DNA from: an uncultured Candidatus Saccharibacteria bacterium
GTDB lineage: Bacteria > Patescibacteriota > Minisyncoccia > Phycocordibacterales > UBA9973
Direction of reading: 5' to 3'
Assembly (NCBI GenBank): GCA_964606285.1
Contig: CAZSFP010000001.1
Coordinates: 69,376-133,375 of the forward strand
DNA length: 64,000 nt
Part shown: positions 27,661 through 36,941 of the stretch, piece by piece
Layout: the number at the start of each line of letters is the position of its first letter
How positions within the stretch are numbered: the first letter of the stretch is position 1
Position numbers and translations under genes: made by a program
Notes under the pieces: generated by a model
The model's input: the letters and a program-made list of their open reading frames with translations, nothing else
Databases searched by the model: none
Told to the model about the DNA's origin: nothing

Positions 27661-28104
27661 CTATCCTTTCTTCACTTCAATAGTCATACTGATCTTTCTT
27701 TTTCCATCAACGATAGCGATCTTGTGCTCCCCTATCGTTTTGATCGGTTTGTCGAGAACGATAAATTCAGCTGGAAGATTTATTTTGTAATTCTTTTGAA
27801 CGAGATCGATAATTTTTTTCTTGTCGATACTGGAAAACAGATGATCTTTGTCATTTGCTTTTTCGATGAACGAAAGCGTTTTGTCGGCAAGCGTTTCGAA
27901 TGCTTTATCAAGCAATGTATCCTCGAGTTTTTTTATAGATTCAGTTGCCGCCAATTCTTTCTGGAGTTTTGCAATGGATGCAGGAGTTGCAGCAACAGCA
28001 AGTTTCTTTGGGAACAGGAGATTGACCGCGTGGCCGTCAGAGACATCCTTGATCTCCCCTTTTCTGCCAATCTTTGGTACGTGTGCGAGTAGAATAACTT
28101 TCAT
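27661..28104 (-). CDS. rplI: 50S ribosomal protein L9
   Basis: 147 aa; MKVILL..V...G..G.I..V..G...N.L.P...A. Confidence 0.85.
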   Translation of the reverse strand: MKVILLAHVPKIGRKGEIKDVSDGHAVNLLFPKKLAVAATPASIAKLQKELAATESIKKLEDTLLDKAFETLADKTLSFIEKANDKDHLFSSIDKKKIIDLVQKNYKINLPAEFIVLDKPIKTIGEHKIAIVDGKRKISMTIEVKKG

Positions 28105-28134
28105 ATCAGAAAGTATACCACAGAGATATCTCTC

Positions 28135-29334
28135 CTATTTGTTCTTCAAAAATTCAACCGCTTTGTCAAGAACGCTGTCGTGTTCACGGGTATCTGTGTC
28201 TTTTGGCTCGGCGATGATATCAGGAGTGATACCGTGATCAGAGATTGAAATGCCGTTCGGAGTGAACCATTTTGCGACGGTTACTTTGATAGACGTGTCC
28301 TTGGTCAGCGGGACCAATTCTTGGACAGAACCTTTGCCAAATGTTTGTGTGCCGATAAGCGTTGCAACATTGTGTTCACGAAGCGCACCAGCGAGAATTT
28401 CCGATGCGGATGCGGAGCCGCCGTCAACGAGGATGACCATTTTGACATTGTCATTGAACACGTCATAGCCCTTGCTGTAATAGACTTCTTTGTCTTTGTG
28501 CGTACCGAAATCTTCACTGACAATGATCTTGTCTTTTGGAAGAAACCAGCTCGCCATGTCGATCGCTGCATCCATAAATCCACCTGGATTGCCGCGGAGA
28601 TCGAGGATAAGTTTCGTGCTGCCTGATTCTGCAAAATCAATCAATGCCTGACGGAACAATTCTCCGGCATTTGCAGAAAAGCTGTACAATTGGATCACAT
28701 AAATTCCATCATCCCTTTTTTTTGTTTCAAGTGTCGGTATCGCGACAGTATCACGAGTGAGTGTGATCTCTCGTGGTTTTTTCTCTGATTCACGGAAAAT
28801 AGTGAGAACCACTGTTGTACCTTTTTCACCGCGAATTTTCTTTATCGCTTCATCGATGGTTATGGTATTGGTGATGGTTTCGTCGATTTTCAAAATCTTA
28901 TCACCTGTTTTGATGCCTGCATTGGCAGCAGGACTGCCTTTGATAGGAGAAATAACAGTCAAAATCTTATCCTTCATACCTATTTCCATACCAACACCGG
29001 TAAAACTACCTCCTATTTCCTCATTAAATGCCTTGTTTTCTTCTGGCGGGAAGAAAACGGTATAAGGATCATCGAGTGAACTGACGAGTCCGGAAATCGC
29101 GCCGTAGACCTTGTCTTGGTCGGTAGCAGTATGAAGACCTTTTTCATTTAAAATTGACCATGCTTTCCAAAATGGAGAAAAGTCAGTGGTGAGGGATTGT
29201 TCAGAATCTTTGCCGGAAAGTGTTGTTGCTCGGCTGATAAAATTTGCCTGGTCTTTTCCAACAGAAAACCCCGCAAAAAATGTGACGAGTAATATCGCGA
29301 GAGATCCGAGAAGGGCAATAATGCGTTTGTTCAT
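28135..29334 (-). CDS. ctpA: carboxy-terminal processing peptidase (S41 family)
   Basis: 399 aa; signal anchor, PDZ domain (GIKTGDKILKID), catalytic region LDLRGNPGG and TASASEILAGAL. Confidence 0.85.
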   Translation of the reverse strand: MNKRIIALLGSLAILLVTFFAGFSVGKDQANFISRATTLSGKDSEQSLTTDFSPFWKAWSILNEKGLHTATDQDKVYGAISGLVSSLDDPYTVFFPPEENKAFNEEIGGSFTGVGMEIGMKDKILTVISPIKGSPAANAGIKTGDKILKIDETITNTITIDEAIKKIRGEKGTTVVLTIFRESEKKPREITLTRDTVAIPTLETKKRDDGIYVIQLYSFSANAGELFRQALIDFAESGSTKLILDLRGNPGGFMDAAIDMASWFLPKDKIIVSEDFGTHKDKEVYYSKGYDVFNDNVKMVILVDGGSASASEILAGALREHNVATLIGTQTFGKGSVQELVPLTKDTSIKVTVAKWFTPNGISISDHGITPDIIAEPKDTDTREHDSVLDKAVEFLKNK

Positions 29335-29474
29335 CCCGTTTAGAAGCAGATCGCGATCATTGTTCGCGCATCTAAGCTTGTATTAAAATTAATAATGTTT
29401 TTTGATTTCATATAATTTGATGTTTCTAGCGATCGCGGCTTCTAACGGGATTCATCCGGTTTATTCTATCACTT

Positions 29475-30149
29475 TTATTTTGGAGCGACAATCATAACAA
29501 ACTCACCGCGGAGTGTATCAGGATGCATTTTGAAAAAAGTTTGCAATTCTTCTGCGGTGCCACGATGAAATGTCTCATGTATTTTTGTGAGTTCACGAGC
29601 GATGACGATCTGTCGGTCTGGAATATGTGTCAGCAGTGATGCCAATGTTTTTTCTATACGGTGCACTGATTCATAAAAAACAACAGGTATATCAGTATCA
29701 ATCATGTTTTTGAAAATAGTCTCTCTCCCCTTTTTGTGTGGAAGGAATCCGAGAAATGTATATGAGGATGCTGGAATACCACTTGCAGAAAGTGCAGTGA
29801 TGATGGCAGATGCTCCAGGAATAGGTACGATGGTACATTCAGGGAGCTGTTCACGAACTTCCATGACGAGAAGGACACCGGGATCAGAAATGCATGGTGT
29901 ACCTGCATCTGAGACAAGAGCGAGATCATTGCCGTCTTGTAATAATTCAATAATAGCCGCACGTTCCTTTTCCGTGCTGTGTGTATGAAATGATCGTGTT
30001 TTTGTGGAGATATCGTAATGTGTGAGTAGATTCTTTGTTGTCCGAGTATCTTCACAGAGAATCAGATCAACAGCTTTCAAGACTTCAACCGCGCGATACG
30101 TCATATCACCAAGATTGCCTATGGGAGTTGCAACGATATAGAGGGTCAT
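29475..30149 (-). CDS. rsmI: 16S rRNA (cytidine1402-2'-O)-methyltransferase
   Basis: 224 aa tetrapyrrole-methylase fold; LYIVATPIGNLGDMT.RA...L...D.I.CEDTR. Confidence 0.85.
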   Translation of the reverse strand: MTLYIVATPIGNLGDMTYRAVEVLKAVDLILCEDTRTTKNLLTHYDISTKTRSFHTHSTEKERAAIIELLQDGNDLALVSDAGTPCISDPGVLLVMEVREQLPECTIVPIPGASAIITALSASGIPASSYTFLGFLPHKKGRETIFKNMIDTDIPVVFYESVHRIEKTLASLLTHIPDRQIVIARELTKIHETFHRGTAEELQTFFKMHPDTLRGEFVMIVAPK

Positions 30150-30601
30150 TTTTTGAGTGGATGGAGGTGTGCTGCAATACTAATTGCCAAGCCAATAATA
30201 ACCAAATTTTTGATGATGTATTGCCCTTCCATGGTTGGAACGAGAAAACCACTCCAAGTTATTTGTGGAAGAAGTATGAGTGGTGAAAAAACTGCAATCA
30301 TATGAAAGAAAAGAATTGCAATCGCAATGCGTTCTTTGCCTCGAACAAGAAAGAGTATACCGATCAGCATTTCAAACAATCCGAATCCGACCATAAAGAG
30401 ATCTGGATTGATGAACGGGAGCGTTTGTCCGAGAAGTTGCACAACCAACGGACCCGCCGGAGAGATCATGAGTACCTTGAGCAATCCAAACCAGAAAAAG
30501 ACGATAAAGATCGCCCATCGGCCAAACGGTATGCTGAGCCGTCGCATGAGATGAATAAGTCTCGCATCCATTCTCTCAAGATTTTCATGAATGTGTTTCA
30601 T
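30146..30601 (-). CDS. DoxX/DUF417-like small membrane protein
   Basis: 151 aa, four TM helices; overlaps the rsmI start by 4 nt. Confidence 0.4.
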   Translation of the reverse strand: MKHIHENLERMDARLIHLMRRLSIPFGRWAIFIVFFWFGLLKVLMISPAGPLVVQLLGQTLPFINPDLFMVGFGLFEMLIGILFLVRGKERIAIAILFFHMIAVFSPLILLPQITWSGFLVPTMEGQYIIKNLVIIGLAISIAAHLHPLKK

Positions 30602-30622
30602 ATATAAAAAGAGTATAACAGA

Positions 30623-30970
30623 TTAATCTTTATTTCTTATGATTTTTGTTTTAAACCATTGCTCTTGAAAATGTATCATTTCTATTATTTCTTCATCTGT
30701 ATAATTTTCTCCTTCTTTTACCACTATCAATTTATCGTCATCATCATTTTCCCGATGAACATATGCGATACAAATACCCGAGATTTCTTTCAAGGATGTT
30801 TTTTCACTCAAATAATATGCATCCAGTTCTTCGCCGTCTGGAGAAACGGTATCAGGAACATATCCATAGTTCAATTCATACACAAAACCATGTTTCGGAT
30901 GTTTTGTTCCAAATGGTCGATCAAAAACTAAGCTAACTTTTTCACCAAGAAAATCTGATGCTTTTGTCAT
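30623..30970 (-). CDS. truncated family-I inorganic-pyrophosphatase-like protein (115 aa)
   Basis: Alignable to the E. coli PPase core: FDRPF~FVDRF (R43), NYGYV~NYGYI (Y55), SPDGEELDAYYL~SLDGDPVDVLV (D65, D70), ENDDDDKLIVV~DEAGEDAKLVAV (D97, D102, K104), HFQEQWFK~HFFEHYK. Lacks the N-terminal 30-40 residues. The start is 2 nt after the upstream gene stop and cannot extend, because of an in-frame stop 7 codons upstream. Confidence 0.5.
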   Translation of the reverse strand: MTKASDFLGEKVSLVFDRPFGTKHPKHGFVYELNYGYVPDTVSPDGEELDAYYLSEKTSLKEISGICIAYVHRENDDDDKLIVVKEGENYTDEEIIEMIHFQEQWFKTKIIRNKD

Positions 30971-30972
30971 GA

Positions 30973-31413
30973 TTAGTTCATCTTTATTTTAAATTCATTA
31001 TTTTCTATTTTAGGATCTTTCCAATCAGTGAGTCTATAATAATCAAATAGTTTTCCAGCTTCTATAGTTTCGGTATGTTGTACTGGTAAAGTATCTATAC
31101 CAACAATAGCGTATTGGCGATCATCTATAATTTTTATATTTTCTGTCGGAATAGATTCGGAATCAAAAGAGTATATGTAGACATTTTCTTTTGGATCAAA
31201 ATGATTTGATTCTTTGAAACTGACTGTGTGTTTTTTGTCATCAAGAAAAGTCTCGCCGTTAGGTCGAGCACCCATGGCGACAGCGAAACTATAATCTGGG
31301 GTTAGATAAATACCGTTTAGTAATTCATCTCTCGGTACTTCAGTGTCGCCTTGTTGGGCCTGTCGATTCTCCAGCTTATTAAGTAGTATTTTTGATCCGT
31401 GATATAACTTCAT
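30973..31413 (-). CDS. minimal ADP-ribosyltransferase-like protein (PARP/Tpt1 fold) - tentative
   Basis: 146 aa starting MKLYHGS (HGS/HGT motif of ARTD/Tpt1 enzymes). It is followed by GIYLTPDYSFAVAMGARPNG (compare PARP GIYFAD..S.SANY and KptA VHLS.D...A...GARHG) and ENVYIYSFD (compare PARP NEYIVYD and KptA ENGVWLTS). Assigned from motifs only. Confidence 0.35.
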   Translation of the reverse strand: MKLYHGSKILLNKLENRQAQQGDTEVPRDELLNGIYLTPDYSFAVAMGARPNGETFLDDKKHTVSFKESNHFDPKENVYIYSFDSESIPTENIKIIDDRQYAIVGIDTLPVQHTETIEAGKLFDYYRLTDWKDPKIENNEFKIKMN

Positions 31414-31443
31414 ATTTTTAGATAGTATTACGTTTGTATATTG

Positions 31444-31515
31444 TGCGCGTGGAAGGAATCGAACCTTCGACCTCTGTCTTATCAGGACAGCGTTCTACCA
31501 CTGAACTACACGCGC
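31444..31515 (-). tRNA. tRNA-Ile (anticodon GAU)
   Basis: Cloverleaf is readable on the minus strand. Acceptor stem GCGCGTG/CACGCGC, D-loop AGTGGTAGA, anticodon stem-loop CTGTC-CTGATAA-GACAG, T-arm GAAGGTTCGATTCCTTC, discriminator A; CCA is not encoded. Confidence 0.85.
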
Positions 31516-31572
31516 ATATGGTTTTCAACCCGAAAACTATATCAAAAAAAACGAGTATTTGCAATCTTTTTG

Positions 31573-31606
31573 TAAAACAAAAACTCTCCACATTGCTGTG
31601 GAGAGT
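31573..31606. terminator. terminator downstream of the RRM protein gene (minus strand), hairpin usable on both strands
   Basis: ACTCTCCACA-TTGC-TGTGGAGAGT flanked by an A-run and a T-run. Confidence 0.7.
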
Positions 31607-31624
31607 TTTTGAAATCACGAGTGA

Positions 31625-31948
31625 TTAGTAGTCGCGTCGAGGACGGTTGAAACCGCCACCATTGCCACCACCGAATCCGCCTTGACGTGGAGGTCGTTCT
31701 GTCATAGGACGAGCGATGTTCACAGTCAATTTGCGGCCTTGGAAATCCTGATCGTGGAACATTGAGATCGCTTTTTCAGCATCTGCATCAGATGCCAATT
31801 CTACGAATCCAAATCCCTTTGATCGGCCAGTTGGCTTGTCGATAATAATTGCAGCTGAAGTAACTTCACCTGCTTGCTCAAAGTGCGCCTTGAGCTCTGC
31901 GTCTGTTGTGCTGTATGGAATACCGCCAACATAAAGTTTTGTTGCCAT
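31625..31948 (-). CDS. RRM-domain RNA-binding protein with a Gly-rich tail
   Basis: RNP2 LYVGGIPY and RNP1 KGFGFVEL; C-terminus RQGGFGGGNGGGFNRPRRDY. Confidence 0.85.
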   Translation of the reverse strand: MATKLYVGGIPYSTTDAELKAHFEQAGEVTSAAIIIDKPTGRSKGFGFVELASDADAEKAISMFHDQDFQGRKLTVNIARPMTERPPRQGGFGGGNGGGFNRPRRDY

Positions 31949-32076
31949 TTTCTATATGGTTATCGAATAACGTAATTCTTGTTCCCCACACAGTGTATGG
32001 CTCACAAACAAATTACCACTCCTAGTATAGCACATATAATGAAAAAAGCAACCCGTTGGGGATAACTATACACTCT

Positions 32077-32517
32077 CTAAATTGTTGGATCAGCAACTGT
32101 TGCACCACGGAGTGATTTCACAGAAAAGTATGAAGCAACAAGGAATAGAACTGCAGTGACTTGGTTTATAAAACCTGCAAAACCAGCAGTACCACTCGCG
32201 TATGAGTACCATCCCATATATGCAAAGAATATGAGAAAAATGACAGAAACAGCAACATTGAGGCGAAGTGAGAAAAGTTGGACTGGATTTGTGATGCCGG
32301 CAGTAATACCAAGTATTGCAACGGAGATGATCGGTATGATTGCGGGAATATTGAATATATTTGCCATGGTTGGAATTCCCAAAAGAACAAATACTGCACC
32401 AACGATAAATATCAATCGAACGATGTCTCCATAATAATGAGGTATGATTTTTTTAGTTTGTGGTTCCATAGAGAAAGTATACTCTTCTCGAATTAAAAAA
32501 CCAAACAATGTAGGCAA
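32077..32517 (-). CDS. hypothetical polytopic membrane protein
   Basis: Four TM helices; the start may be the internal Met (MEPQTKK) at 32469. Confidence 0.45.
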   Translation of the reverse strand: MPTLFGFLIREEYTFSMEPQTKKIIPHYYGDIVRLIFIVGAVFVLLGIPTMANIFNIPAIIPIISVAILGITAGITNPVQLFSLRLNVAVSVIFLIFFAYMGWYSYASGTAGFAGFINQVTAVLFLVASYFSVKSLRGATVADPTI

Positions 32518-32522
32518 AATAA

Positions 32523-32921
32523 TTATTCTGTTGTTTCCCCGTCAAATTCTGGAGCATCAGCTTCAGCTTTTTCTTTTGTTGAGCGAACAACACCGTCTTT
32601 GTGATGTGCGGGAGAATAAATTGTATAAAATTTCAAATCTTCATCACCGGTATTGATGACATTGTGTTGTGCACCTGATGGAACGATAATCGCATCGCCG
32701 TCTTCGACGATGTATTCGGCATCATTGATGACAACCTTCCCTTCGCCTGCTTCAAAGCGGAAAAATTGATCGTTTCCTTCATGGGTTTCGAGTCCAATAT
32801 CTTGACCTGGAAGGAGTGACATAAGCACCAACTGACAATGTTCTCCTGTGTAGAGTACTTCTCTAAAATTCGTATTACCGATCGTCAAATCTTCTATTTG
32901 TCCAAAGTATCCTGTTTTCAT
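32523..32921 (-). CDS. cupin domain protein
   Basis: 132 aa; two-His cupin motifs (G...H.H...E.F....G...V.......G..I..P.G..H...N). Confidence 0.7.
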   Translation of the reverse strand: MKTGYFGQIEDLTIGNTNFREVLYTGEHCQLVLMSLLPGQDIGLETHEGNDQFFRFEAGEGKVVINDAEYIVEDGDAIIVPSGAQHNVINTGDEDLKFYTIYSPAHHKDGVVRSTKEKAEADAPEFDGETTE

Positions 32922-32927
32922 AATTTT

Positions 32928-33638
32928 TTATTTTAGTTTCTGCACATTGGTAATGGTAACGGTTTGTCCATCACGAACATAGATAAATGTCGCACGTCCG
33001 GCGATATGACCGTCTTCATATGCCATGGTACCAGTTTTTGTCATGGGATCAATGTGGACACTCGTAACATACCAGACACCACCGAGAACGGGTTGTTGTG
33101 GTGCAAGTGTCCAGATGTTTGTGCGAATATATTGTTCGACAATAATTCTGTCATCGAGATCACTGCATGCAACATCATTCATTGGTGCTGCATACGTGAT
33201 TTTGGTCTGATCTTTGTAGATATATGTTCCATCACCACGATCTATCATCTCACCAAAGCCGGCTTGTGCAGTACCTTCACCAAATATTATTTTTAACTGC
33301 TCGGTCACATGCATTCCTTCCGCAAGTGAATCCCACCAGACCAGAGCAGTGCGTGCCATTGCGATTGGATCAACACCACTAACCGTTCCTTCGAATGTTC
33401 CAATCTTACTATCTTTTTCTGCTGGTAGATTTCTGAACTCACCTGTGACCATATCACCGATAAGATTCATTTTTAACCAACTGACATCATAGAGCCCGCG
33501 AGGAGTTTTGGTTTCGCGATAAAAGCACAACTCTATTGCTGTCGGTGCGGTAACGACAGGTACCACTTCTTTTTTGTTGAGGGTCATAAATCCCCAGATA
33601 AGGAGGATAACAACGCCGATAAATAATAAACTTCTCAT
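32928..33638 (-). CDS. hypothetical secreted/anchored protein
   Basis: 236 aa with an N-terminal signal-anchor; no recognisable domain. Confidence 0.5.
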   Translation of the reverse strand: MRSLLFIGVVILLIWGFMTLNKKEVVPVVTAPTAIELCFYRETKTPRGLYDVSWLKMNLIGDMVTGEFRNLPAEKDSKIGTFEGTVSGVDPIAMARTALVWWDSLAEGMHVTEQLKIIFGEGTAQAGFGEMIDRGDGTYIYKDQTKITYAAPMNDVACSDLDDRIIVEQYIRTNIWTLAPQQPVLGGVWYVTSVHIDPMTKTGTMAYEDGHIAGRATFIYVRDGQTVTITNVQKLK

Positions 33639-33739
33639 ATACTATAGTATATCATTTTTCGAAAGTAGTACCCCATTGATTATATTGACTTATTGTATAA
33701 AAATGATATAGTTATTAAAACTTTAAAAACATACGAATT

Positions 33740-34465
33740 ATGTTAACAGACTTATTTTCACCTGAGCAAAGGAATCCGGATGGCACCTATAATGAAACCG
33801 CTATTTTTGATAATCAAATAATGACATTAGCGTATCTTGAATTGATTACAGATGATGATCGTCAGTATTTTGAAGGGCAATTTATAAAAAGAAAATCAGA
33901 ATTACATGAACAGTGTATGAGTACTGAACAAGGAGCTATTCCTTTTATGCTTTGCCCAAACCCCCGTTCTTGTTCTTTTGAACATTTGATGGATGTAATA
34001 AATATTGGTGGAAAATCAGAATGGAATACATTGTTTCTTGATGAAAAAGAAATGGATGATTTATGGAAACATCCGCATACTGCACCGCTTTCACATATTG
34101 CATGCGGTATACAAATAGGAATTACTCATGATGACCCTTTTCATTTAAAGGAATCTGTTTTAGGGATTGATAAAGCGCCTGCAAATATACTGGCAAAAAT
34201 ACAAATGCAGCCCGGTTGTGATATAACAGGATTAACCCTGTATGAAGGATTGTTGCTCAGTTTGTATTATCCTGACATGTACGATGTATGGGATGGCATA
34301 CAAACAGCTGCGACATTGTATGGAAAGAAAAAAGAAACACTTCGTATGTATTGGCTCAATCAAAAACCAAATCGGTTTCTGAAAGTTGCGAGAGAAAGTG
34401 CTCCTTTGCTTGATATCAGATATATTTCTCCAAGAGCTCAGAAAAGAATAGTTATTGAGAAATAA
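33740..34465 (+). CDS. hypothetical protein
   Basis: 241 aa, no recognisable domain. Confidence 0.5.
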   Translation: MLTDLFSPEQRNPDGTYNETAIFDNQIMTLAYLELITDDDRQYFEGQFIKRKSELHEQCMSTEQGAIPFMLCPNPRSCSFEHLMDVINIGGKSEWNTLFLDEKEMDDLWKHPHTAPLSHIACGIQIGITHDDPFHLKESVLGIDKAPANILAKIQMQPGCDITGLTLYEGLLLSLYYPDMYDVWDGIQTAATLYGKKKETLRMYWLNQKPNRFLKVARESAPLLDIRYISPRAQKRIVIEK

Positions 34466-34549
34466 AACTCAAACAAAAATGGTACCCCATCACGGTGCCA
34501 TTTTTTTATTTTTATATAACATTCTCACATTCTCAAGAATATAAGAATG

Positions 34550-35041
34550 TTACTTTGCGAGAGTGAGGATGTGATCGAAATGTTTTTTGGAGACTGGTTG
34601 AATCGAGAGACGGGATCCGACAGTGCGAACGAGCATGCCGTTGAGCTTCGGATCGATCTTGATCTCACTCAGGGTCACCGGATGTTTGAATGTTTTGACA
34701 TATGCCATATCGACACAGTGCCAAATTGCCCGCCCGGATGACCCGTTCGGACGGGTTTTTTCTTTTGTTGCTTTCGGATCATAATGATCGTCTTTTTTGT
34801 CGAATTGTGTTTCATCAACATGTGCCTTGCTTGCAACTTTGACGACACCGTAGACACCTGTTGGATTCTCGGTCGTGCCACCGGAGTGATAAAAGAGAAC
34901 CATATCCCCTACTTTCATATCTCGCGTCATAAAATTCCGCGCCTGATAATTGCGGACACCGGTCCATGCGACTTTTTTATCTTTCTTCATGTCATCAATC
35001 GAATAACAATCCCATTCTGATTTTATAAGCCAGTAGTTCAT
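34550..35041 (-). CDS. EVE (PUA-like) domain protein
   Basis: MNYWLIKSEWDCYSIDD...WTGVRNYQARNFMTRDMKVGDMVLFYHSG....GVYGVVKV......D....D..YDPKAT......W.CVDMAY......PVTLSEIK..P.L..M.L...GSRLSIQPV.KKHFDHI is the canonical EVE signature. The track ORF extends to 35122, but the Met-28 start matches family N-termini. Confidence 0.75.
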   Translation of the reverse strand: MNYWLIKSEWDCYSIDDMKKDKKVAWTGVRNYQARNFMTRDMKVGDMVLFYHSGGTTENPTGVYGVVKVASKAHVDETQFDKKDDHYDPKATKEKTRPNGSSGRAIWHCVDMAYVKTFKHPVTLSEIKIDPKLNGMLVRTVGSRLSIQPVSKKHFDHILTLAK

Positions 35042-35120
35042 ATGGAGTAATTTTATCATATATTTCATCTTATTGACAAAATTATAAATAAAATGTAAAT
35101 TATTAAAAAAATAGAAAACC

Positions 35121-35549
35121 ATGAAGATTGAGTATAGAAGATTTGTTGCGTGTAAAGATTTTCAAAGTGAAAAAACTCAAAAAGGATTACAGAAAAAAGT
35201 TGCACAACTCCTAAGTTCATTATTGATAGGAGCTATTGTTGATAAACGGATAATTGATTTTTTACATGATACCCACATCAATGAATCAAATTCAGATAAA
35301 CAAAAAACACCTCTAGAGGTTTTTGTAGGATCTGGATTTGATACTTGTTCCATATCACCAAGTATTCTGATGGTGTATGATGTTCATTATAAAAAACATG
35401 GTTTTACGGACAAGAAAGAATTTTTTAGAGCCCTTCAATCCCTCAATGAGGTATGGGAAAAATTTTGCACTGTACGAAAATATTCTGATGATGTTTCTTA
35501 TAGTCAACATCTGGAAATTATTATTGAATTTTTTTATGTTACAAAATAA
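35121..35549 (+). CDS. hypothetical protein
   Basis: 142 aa; terminator hairpin AAATCACGTA-ATTTGAT-ACGTGATTT plus a T-run at 35548-35583. Confidence 0.45.
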   Translation: MKIEYRRFVACKDFQSEKTQKGLQKKVAQLLSSLLIGAIVDKRIIDFLHDTHINESNSDKQKTPLEVFVGSGFDTCSISPSILMVYDVHYKKHGFTDKKEFFRALQSLNEVWEKFCTVRKYSDDVSYSQHLEIIIEFFYVTK

Positions 35550-35586
35550 AAATCACGTAATTTGATACGTGATTTTTTTATTTCTA

Positions 35587-36567
35587 TTATTCCTCGTCCT
35601 CACTATCCCCTTGCGTCCCTGCAGCACATGCTTCGAGAATTTTTGAAATGTTACCGGCCATAATAGATGGAATATTGGACCACGATTGTTTGATACGGTG
35701 ATCAGTGATGCGGTCTTGTGGGAAATTGTAGGTGCGGATTTTCTCACTGCGGTCAGCGGTACCGATTTGATTTTTTCGGTCAGCAGAATATTTCTTTGCT
35801 TCCTCCTCGTCTTTCATTTGCTGGAGTCGCGCCGTCAAAACCGTCATCGCTTTCTCACGGTTGCCGAGCTGAGTACGTTCAGATGTACAGCGAACGTCGA
35901 TACCGGTCGGAATGTGGATGAGACGAACAGCAGTTTCAACTTTGTTGACGTTTTGCCCACCTGCACCACCTGAGCGAGAATACTCGATTTCAATATCGAC
36001 AGGATTTATCACGATAGTTGTACGAGTTTTGATCGGCAAAATAGCGACTGATGCAGTCGAAGTGTGCACACGGCCATTTTTCTCGGTTGCTGGGATGCGC
36101 TGGACGCGATGAACACCTGTTTCAAATCGGAGTTCACGGTAGACATCGCGACCCTTGATCTCAATAGCTGCCTCTTTGTAGCCATCGACAGAACTTTTTG
36201 ATTCGTGAATGAATTTCCATGACCATTTCTTTGATTCTGCATACCGTGCGTACATGTTGAGCAATTCCCAGGCAAAGAGTGATGCTTCGTCACCACCTGC
36301 ACCTGCACGGACTTCAAGAATGATTTCATTTGGAAATTCTTCCTCTTCTTTTTCACTTTCCAATATTTTTTGTATCTGTTCTTCTACTCCTTTTTTCTGT
36401 TCGTAGATCAATTCAAGTTCCTTTGTCGCCATTTCATGGAGTGTTTCGTCACTGTCGAGCATTTCCCGAACCTCAGCTTCTTCACGCAAAAGACGCTCAT
36501 ATTCGCCAGCGAGATATGCAGTCTTGTGATCTTTTTTTAATTCATGAATGTCGAATGGTTCGGTCAT
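35587..36567 (-). CDS. prfA: peptide chain release factor 1
   Basis: 326 aa; GGQ motif ([18 protein letters not shown]) and the RF1-specific PAT tripeptide in [18 protein letters not shown]. Confidence 0.8.
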   Translation of the reverse strand: MTEPFDIHELKKDHKTAYLAGEYERLLREEAEVREMLDSDETLHEMATKELELIYEQKKGVEEQIQKILESEKEEEEFPNEIILEVRAGAGGDEASLFAWELLNMYARYAESKKWSWKFIHESKSSVDGYKEAAIEIKGRDVYRELRFETGVHRVQRIPATEKNGRVHTSTASVAILPIKTRTTIVINPVDIEIEYSRSGGAGGQNVNKVETAVRLIHIPTGIDVRCTSERTQLGNREKAMTVLTARLQQMKDEEEAKKYSADRKNQIGTADRSEKIRTYNFPQDRITDHRIKQSWSNIPSIMAGNISKILEACAAGTQGDSEDEE

Positions 36568-36658
36568 ATTTTAAGTATATCATCCTACTTCGCTAAAGCT
36601 ACGCAGGATCTTCGAAAAAGAAAAACAACCGGTATGGCTGTTTTTCTTGTGGAGGGAG

Positions 36659-36919
36659 TTATTTCTTCTTTCCTGCGGCTACGCGCTTCTTGAAACGGTC
36701 AACACGACCAGCGGCATCGAGAACAGTTTCTTTGCCAGTATAAAATGGGTGTGACGCACTTGAGATTTCCACGTAGTAGAGTGGGTATTCTTTGCCGTCT
36801 TCTTTGTACACGACTGTTTCAGTCGTTGCGACAGTCGAAGAGATGAGGAATTGTGTTCCCTGACCTGCGTCTTGGAAGACGACTTGACGATAGTTTTTTG
36901 GGTGAATATCTGCTTTCAT
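36659..36919 (-). CDS. rpmE: 50S ribosomal protein L31 (type B, no CxxC)
   Basis: 86 aa; [10 protein letters not shown]...HPFYTGK...D..GRV.RF.KR. Confidence 0.8.
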   Translation of the reverse strand: MKADIHPKNYRQVVFQDAGQGTQFLISSTVATTETVVYKEDGKEYPLYYVEISSASHPFYTGKETVLDAAGRVDRFKKRVAAGKKK

Positions 36920-36941
36920 AAGTTCCTAGATTAGCACAAAG

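Noticed and set aside
31418-31628. Two overlapping 64-66-aa ORFs on opposite strands (31418..31618 -, 31434..31628 +)
   Set aside because: Both merely read through the tRNA-Ile gene and the adjacent terminator; they are spurious.
35587-36567. Possibility of UGA recoding (SR1/Gracilibacteria-style) given RF1-only content in the window
   Set aside because: Several well-supported genes (infA, mraY and others) terminate with TGA at the position expected from homolog lengths, so the standard code applies.
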